Shown here: positions 57,159-64,000 of the stretch, one piece after another | How the letters are laid out: each line of letters begins with the position of its first letter | Numbering within the stretch: position 1 is the first letter of the stretch | NCBI GenBank assembly: GCA_051362555.1 | Contig: CM120643.1 | Span: 17,550,848-17,614,847, forward strand | Length of the DNA stretch: 64,000 nt | Source: Lingula anatina | Lineage: Eukaryota > Animalia > Brachiopoda | Direction: 5' to 3' | Made by a program: the position numbers and the translations under genes | The notes under the pieces: model-generated | Told to the model about the DNA's origin: nothing | The model's input: the letters and a program-made list of their open reading frames with translations, nothing else | Databases searched by the model: none

Positions 57159-57381
57159 TACCCCCTTTACACTGGACGGCGTCCTTTCTGCGTCCTTTCT
57201 GTGACCATGAAATTTGGCATCGCTGTGGTCTTAAAAAGGAGGCACGAGCATTAATTTTGTATCAGAATGAATGCTCAATGATCGGCCAGTTGTCGACATG
57301 TATAATATTATAATTTTTTAACTCTCAAATGGGACCGGACTGCTGGACGCAGAAAGGACGCCGTCCAGTGTAAAGGGGCCC
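57159..57381. mobile_element. PIF/Harbinger-like MITE with long perfect TIRs
   Basis: CCCCTTTACACTGGACGGCGTCCTTTCTGCGTCC / GGACGCAGAAAGGACGCCGTCCAGTGTAAAGGGG, with TAA on both sides (57156-58 and 57382-84). Confidence 0.85.
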
Positions 57382-59166
57382 TAAGGAAGCAAAGATAAAA
57401 GAGACTGTTTCCATGAAGAAAGAAAGAGAGAGAGAGAAATAGAGAAAGCGGGACACGAATGCCATCGGGCTGAATTATAATAAAAAATAGTAATTTTAAG
57501 GCCTCCCTCCTTAGAGATTATTACTTAAATTCGAAAACATACCAATAAAAATGGCCAATTATATGTATGCCAAGGTAATGATTGATAGCCGTGCGTACAA
57601 AATAGCATTTATATAATTACTAAGTTCGACATGTTGTATGAAGCAATTTTTATACAAAAGGATTTTTTTTTAACAATGTACAATGGGTTTTGCAATTAAT
57701 AATCATTCATCGTGCATAGTGATGAAAATGGAGGCACCTGTCATTTGTCATGTTGACAACATTTAAACTGCCATAGATGCACTATGTATAAAACATTCGG
57801 TATCACGCATAGAGTCTTAAAATAGCAAGGGACAACAATTAATTCCGTTTGTCTAAACGAAATTCAAACGGTAAGTATTGGAAATGCAATCAAAAACGGT
57901 TAAATAATATAATGGAGTATTTCAAGCCTTTGACCGTCTAACTCTGTTTTTTTAAACGGCGTAGTAAATCTGACCCGCATTCAGAATAAAGAATTAGAAT
58001 AATACAATGTATGTGACAGAATGGATTGTTATTAAAATCAAAACAGAACTTCTCAGAACCGGGAGAAAATCTTTGTAATTGCTGCACCATAGTTGGCGTG
58101 AAGTAAGCACCGCTGTGGTTAAATTCCGTTGTGCATTCATAACGTAATAAACATTACACTCGTTTCATGGTATAAACATCGATCCAAGAAATCCTACGAC
58201 TTGTACCATCATTCCCTAGGCTGATTAAATACAATAAATCCATTATTCAACTTGCTGTTTATGGAAAATGCTGAACACATCCCATTAATGCTGCTCCCCA
58301 CACGCTTAGGGCGCCTCACCTCATTCGATGCAACAGAGATCAAATCAGATTTCCCAGGCTTACTGAAGCCTTTACAACAAGGCAGATTATGAGAAAGTAT
58401 CAAACTATGAAATACCAGGTTACTGATATGTTTTTGAACCATATCTTTCGCTTATAATTTAGTAGGGCTGTCACGCATGCCAGTAGACCAAGGTGCGGGT
58501 GTTTGGTCCTTATGGTACTGGAAAATGGAGATAAAAGCAAATTTTCATATCTTTCCAATTCTATCCGTTTGAATGAATGTTATTCACAGCACTGTGAGAT
58601 TTTATACCTATAAAAAAGAAAAAGCAAAAATCATAAGCAATGACTTCAATGCTTGAGTCGAAAGAGCGTAGGCCTAGATGTTATACACAGGGGCATAAGC
58701 CAAGGGTATTTTATATCTAATTCACGAACACCGAGTTACCGCAATAAGGTAAACGACTTGTAGGCCTATGAATACAATAACGCCCCCCCCCTCTCTCTCT
58801 AAAATCGTTGACCAAGTGTGTAACACGTATTAGTGGAGCTAATCGAGTGAAATATTAAAAAATTCAACACCGAATTTAAGCTTTATCAACTTCGTAAACA
58901 TTTCATGCTCAGGGTTGTATTTCATGTTAAAAGAACCAATTGGCTTACATACTGGATACTGTAGCCTATTTGTGACACACGGACACCATCCCTTTGGAAC
59001 ATTACCTCTTCGTAATGAACTGGGAGGTCATTCTGCATCCGCTCTGTACTGTCGACCGTCATGGTAGACCAAAGGCGAATTATCAATTTACTAAGCTTAT
59101 TTCTCTTTTGTTTTTGTATGTTAAAAGTGTAATTGCTCTTGTGTCATTTCTCTGACATTATGTGCC

Positions 59167-59209
59167 TTTATTTATTTATTTATCTATTTATTTATTTATT
59201 TATTTATTT
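59167..59209. repeat. (TTTA)n microsatellite
   Basis: Seen directly in the sequence. Confidence 0.95.
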
Positions 59210-59537
59210 GCCTCAAAGACTAGGCTTTCAACATTACTCGCCATGTCTTGGATGTTCCTCTGGCTATCGTAACTCTCTTTGGCATCTCGTATGTTCTAAA
59301 AAGCCGGTGTGTTATCTGATATTGACTCCAACAAGTTGCTGACACCAGCATTTTTTGTGTACTGATACTAATTTCCGCTTCAATAAATGATAGAAATCAA
59401 TTTGTTCCTTACTTACTGGTATTAATGTTAAAATGGGACATTCAGTGCTTGGAACTAGACACACGTTACCAGATATACATGTATATACCTACTAAATTCT
59501 TCCTGTCACCTATTCTTAACTTCTGGTAAAGTTCTTA

Positions 59538-59763
59538 CACCCCATTTCCATAGATTTTTAGATCGATCTATCCCTGTGGGGAGTCTCACTAGATTACTGT
59601 CAGCTTGGCCGGCTTAAGCGTCTGTCCCGCCTACTAAAAGCTGTAAGGGGGTAATTAACTATGGTGTCCGCTCGGCTGACTGCAATTTAGCCTGAACCTC
59701 CAGGGAGTTAGGTCGATCTAAAACTTAATCTTTAGATCGATCTAAATCTCTGGGAAAGCATCC
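59538..59763. mobile_element. Third copy of the GATCGATC Harbinger-like MITE
   Basis: Highly similar to 56713-56884 (CTAGATTACTGTCAGCTT.GCCGGCTTAAGCGTCTGTCCCGCCTACTAAAAGCTGTAAGGGG) and includes the left segment missing there. Confidence 0.85.
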
Positions 59764-62700
59764 ATAGTTGACTTTTAACTTTGATGTCACTTCTGTAATC
59801 GTAATAACAGAAATTTATCTATAGACGAGGTGTAAATTCGATCTTAATCTACAAAATTAACCCCCTGTGTGAAAGGGAAGTGCACGTTACACAACGCCCC
59901 ATGATGGTTTTGTCAAACGTAAACTCAATTAAGTTCCACCATATCCAGACTGCTTGACGCACAGACGAAAACCGGACGAAGGAAACCGAGAACAACCCTC
60001 TTGGAGGTTGGGTAACTATGTATGTCAAAATGAACACGCGTAGCGATTCTGAGGCTGACCAATGCGCGTTGATATCTTAGCTTACAGAGTGGATGACTTC
60101 ATTAAGCATCTCTAACGCTGATGGGTATAATCAGACTGACAATCGCAATATCGAAATATTGCGAAGACTTAACTGATGCGGAGAAGAACGGAATACCAGT
60201 TGTCAGATTGATGCAATAAATTAACGCTTCACTATAATCAAGCACGAGGCTCTACAATACATAAAGCGTTTGCCTAGTACGTATACCTGCTTTGAGATTG
60301 AGGTGCTTTGAGCTCTTAACATGCAGTAGTATACAGTGGGTTTTCCAACTCGACTGGTATTGTGACGTTTACGTGGGGCCGCAGGATCTGTCTGCTCTTC
60401 AGTATACACGCAGATACGGCATAGTTGTAACAGTTGAAACCAGCGCTGCGTGGCATTATACGGACGGTTCCAACAAGATTTTATGTGAGTAGTTAGTTGC
60501 CAGTTGCATATATTTTGTTGATATAACAAACTCTGCCTTTCAAAGAATATTATTCAGAAAAATTGGTTTTAGTTTTAATACATAGATTGTTGAGCCTGAA
60601 TGTGAATAACTAACTGCGATATATTTGCATAATTGGTTGGTTAAGTAGAAGTGATTATCAAAATGATTGGACACATCATTTACGACGTCAAGATCTTATC
60701 ACAAAGTCGCTCATGGCAAAAACTGCTATTCATTTTAAGCGACTTATGTCGTATTTCACAAAGAAACTAAATGGTAATAGTCGGGATGTAGAGTGTCGGT
60801 TTCTTTTTGAAACCATTGGTCAGTTTTAAAAGTAATTATCAACGTTCATAGTACTGTCATCAGTGATTAGGAAAGTTACATTTTAATATAAAAAACCCAC
60901 TGATGTATATATATAAGTCTCCTCAGTTTTCCAATGACACTCATGCTATTTCTAGAGGCGTTTTCAGATATATAATTGGACTTTTCTCTTCATATATGAC
61001 CTAAGCATACAACAATACCTGAATCGTGTTATCCAATTGTAAAACAAGTTCAATTATGTTGGTATATATCTATACAAACTTTTCTATATCTTGAACGAAA
61101 CTTCGCAAAGCATTATTATTATATTTTTAAAGCATTTAATACACAAACAAAAGGTTCTTAAAGAGAAAACAATTCTTCGTATGAGATCCACATTTTGCAA
61201 TAAATACATTGTAAACAACTGACAGAAATATAATAAGTTCTATTTTGCCACCAAAACGACGGTTATTGCAATTGTTTTGGAATCTTTGCTTGCCATCGGA
61301 CCACGTGACCTTCGAAGATGCCAACCCTCAGTAATAATGTCCTAAGAGATTATTACAAAAACCAAACTTTTTAGAAAAAAATCAGGGACTAACTTTGAAT
61401 GCCGAAACCGATTCATTAATCATTAGTAAGTATGGGAAAACTGCCGTTTATCCCAGGAAAATCCTTTTTTTTTTTTTGGCAAAGTGAATGAACAGCTGTT
61501 ATCCCTTTAAATTGCTTCAAAGCGGTGTCATTTTTGTTTGAGTTATGTAAACTTGCCCCGAATAAAAATCATTATTATGTTTTATTCAATTACAAACGCG
61601 GATTGTGTTTCTTACTTATTTTGCTTAATATCCCTGGAGACGGAGCGTATTAGGCACAAGGGTTGGTGTGGTTTGCACTTTTTATCAGATCATGTAAGGT
61701 CAAAGTGCCACACCTGAAAATCGTTTGCGATGTTTTGCTAGGGTCAATTCATACATGCATGGCGACCGAGAGGCGCATAGAAATGTTGTTTGCAGCATTC
61801 TTGTTATACGTTTAGGTAACAGCGTTCCACGAGAGTGCTAGAAGAACAAACTCTTGCTTCTTGGTCGCCAGGCATGTAAGATAAAAAAAGTGAACAGCTT
61901 TTTGTGGTACTTAATTTTCACTGTTACTGCGTGTATGTACATATGCGTACATGATATCATGCTGCTTTTCAATGAATGTGTATTATTGTTTACATAAGTA
62001 ATCACATAAAACCGCACATAATGCTCTAAAAGCATCGAAATCCAAGAGATAATCGTTTAAAGCATATATCTTACACCAGCAGCATAATTTAAGAAACCGC
62101 CATGGCAAGCGAAATAGAATATCGAAGATTTTACTTTAAAAATCGCTGCAAAATCCAAAAAAATATACTTGGGAAAATATAAAACATTCCAACATCCCCT
62201 TCATCCTTCGATTTGAATCAGGAATCGATATTTGAAATGCCTAACTTTTATCTTGTTCAATATAAGACAATTATTTGCTAGTTGTTCGTTTCTTAGTATT
62301 GCAGTACTAGATTTTGCCGGCCGTCAATTCTGTCGTCTTCTGGCGCACTCGCAGGCCTGAACCTGTTTTGGTTTTGTTACCGGGCGCACATGAGAAGGAT
62401 GCAATGATCTGTTCCACAAAACGGCTTAGTCGAAAGACTATCGGCGTTTTAGCGAAGACCGGTGCGCTTTTTTGTCGACTGAGTTTCAACTCACAAGAGA
62501 GAGAAAAAAGTACTTTCATTTTTTAGACCTTTTGACTATTAACCCCCTTAGAGCTAATTTGGAATGTTATGACGGTAGTTTGTCCTGTTTGTGGTGACAA
62601 CAGCCATTTAGGTACGTCACCTTCAGTGGCACGAAGTGTGGGTCAATACATCTTTATCGCTCTTGGTCAATATATCGACATAACTTAGGCGGCTAAACGA

Positions 62701-63801
62701 TGCCAAGGGTTCAAAATGCCAGACTTTTTCTCTTAGAAACAAGCCAATAGAGTTTAATGGCACGTATAACCGAAATTTACAGTAGTATCCGTTGCGGCAT
62801 AGCTGCTGCATGTATGTTATTCCCTGTGCATCACTGACATTTACATAGGATAGATACCTTAACCAGGTATTGCATTCCATTAAAAGTTCTAAAATGTGTT
62901 AGAACAGGTGGAAGCTTTCACAGGTAAAAAATAAAACCATTTAAAAGGTTTTCATGCTGTTACAACACGGGTAAAGCCAGGTTAGTGATAAAAGTACCGA
63001 TAGTCGACACGCTTTCTTGATTTTGCAACGTCTGGGCAGACGTTACGCTCTTGATTCCCTCCGTTAAAGATGGAAAATGCAATAAAACTTGTCATGTCCT
63101 TGAAGCTGCACGTGTTTGAACAGTTCTACGATGATAGATATATCTGTTGGTACAGTGGTTCTATTATGTTGTAAAAAAAAAGAATGACTGACAATTACAC
63201 ATGATGTATAGGTCTTGTTTTTCAATCTGTTCCATACCATTTAAACCCGAATAGCTGCATTAGCAAGAGCGAACGCCACGAAAAATTGTTGTCAGAGGTA
63301 CTGTTGATGTGCCTTGCAATCTCGCAATAATGATAACCAGGCACAGCTTTGGGAAATTACCTCTGAGATACGTTGGTAAAAGATTACAGAAAGGATTGGT
63401 GGTGCATGCGTCTTTTAATTATGTGTATATAATGGTCAATTATTTTTGAAGCTTACGAACCTTGAGATATAAACTATGAGGTACATAGGCAAACAACTGA
63501 AGAGATGAAATAATGTTACACTTAGCCTTTTGATAACTTTTTAGCACGGTCAATATACCGAGGGTCGGTACATGTTCGGATACATGAATTGTAACTCTCA
63601 ACTCTACAACTCTCAACTCTACAATAGACACGGAATGGCGGTAAAATTACAGACTTTTCCTCTTATCAACTTTCACCTAAACTCATTAGTGACAAGATTC
63701 TCGGAAAATAAAACCATACTGCTGATTATCTCGTAGTTGTGCAGTGCTCACGTATAATGTGGTCTACACGCGCTACTTGTTTTTGCATTAATTATATTTG
63801 T

Positions 63802-64000
63802 CATTGGCGAATCCAGGGTCTTGCTTGGGGGGGGAGGGCAAAGAAAAACATTTTTGTAGGGCCCAGATGCAGACAAATTTCTTGATTTTGTCTCTTTTGC
63901 TCGTCACATCTAAAATATATAGGGGGAGGAGAAGGCGGAGAAGGGAATAACCCCGACGCTTGGAGAAGGAGGGGGGGGGGGGAGGGCACGCGCCTGCAGT
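63802..64000. mobile_element. Probable G-tract MITE (CA..GGCG.ATCCAG-type terminus), possibly continuing past the window
   Basis: CATTGGCGAATCCAGGG followed by G-tracts, with an architecture like 18311-18474. The right TIR is not confirmed. Confidence 0.4.

Noticed and set aside
49400-64000. Numerous 60-100 aa ORFs in the ORF track
   Set aside because: No recognisable domains and no consistent exon chain. Several overlap microsatellites or MITEs, consistent with chance ORFs.

Overview
Eukaryotic, AT-rich, intron-rich genomic DNA from an invertebrate animal. The repeat landscape suggests a marine lophotrochozoan or deuterostome, but the species cannot be determined from this window. I reconstructed five spliced protein-coding genes by hand from GT-AG boundaries and phase continuity: CCDC82/DUF4211-like (+, 2569-7881), an unrecognised 7-exon gene of about 409 aa (-, 9721-20195), a divergent Rab-like GTPase (+, 27157-32095), NDUFS3 (-, 33445-39901) and CDK10 (+, 40365-48710). 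NDUFS3 and CDK10 are head-to-head. Two ~2.6 kb arrays of one non-autonomous Helentron (DINE-1/pearl/HINE-type) family lie in the Rab and NDUFS3 introns. Several MITE families, a truncated minimal hammerhead ribozyme core and many microsatellites are also present. No convincing coding gene was found in 49400-64000. The best leads are the unrecognised gene, an alternative-frame ORF filling CDK10 intron 1, the atypical Rab, the Helentron arrays that are generating satellites, and the hammerhead core. All exon coordinates are manual predictions without transcript evidence.
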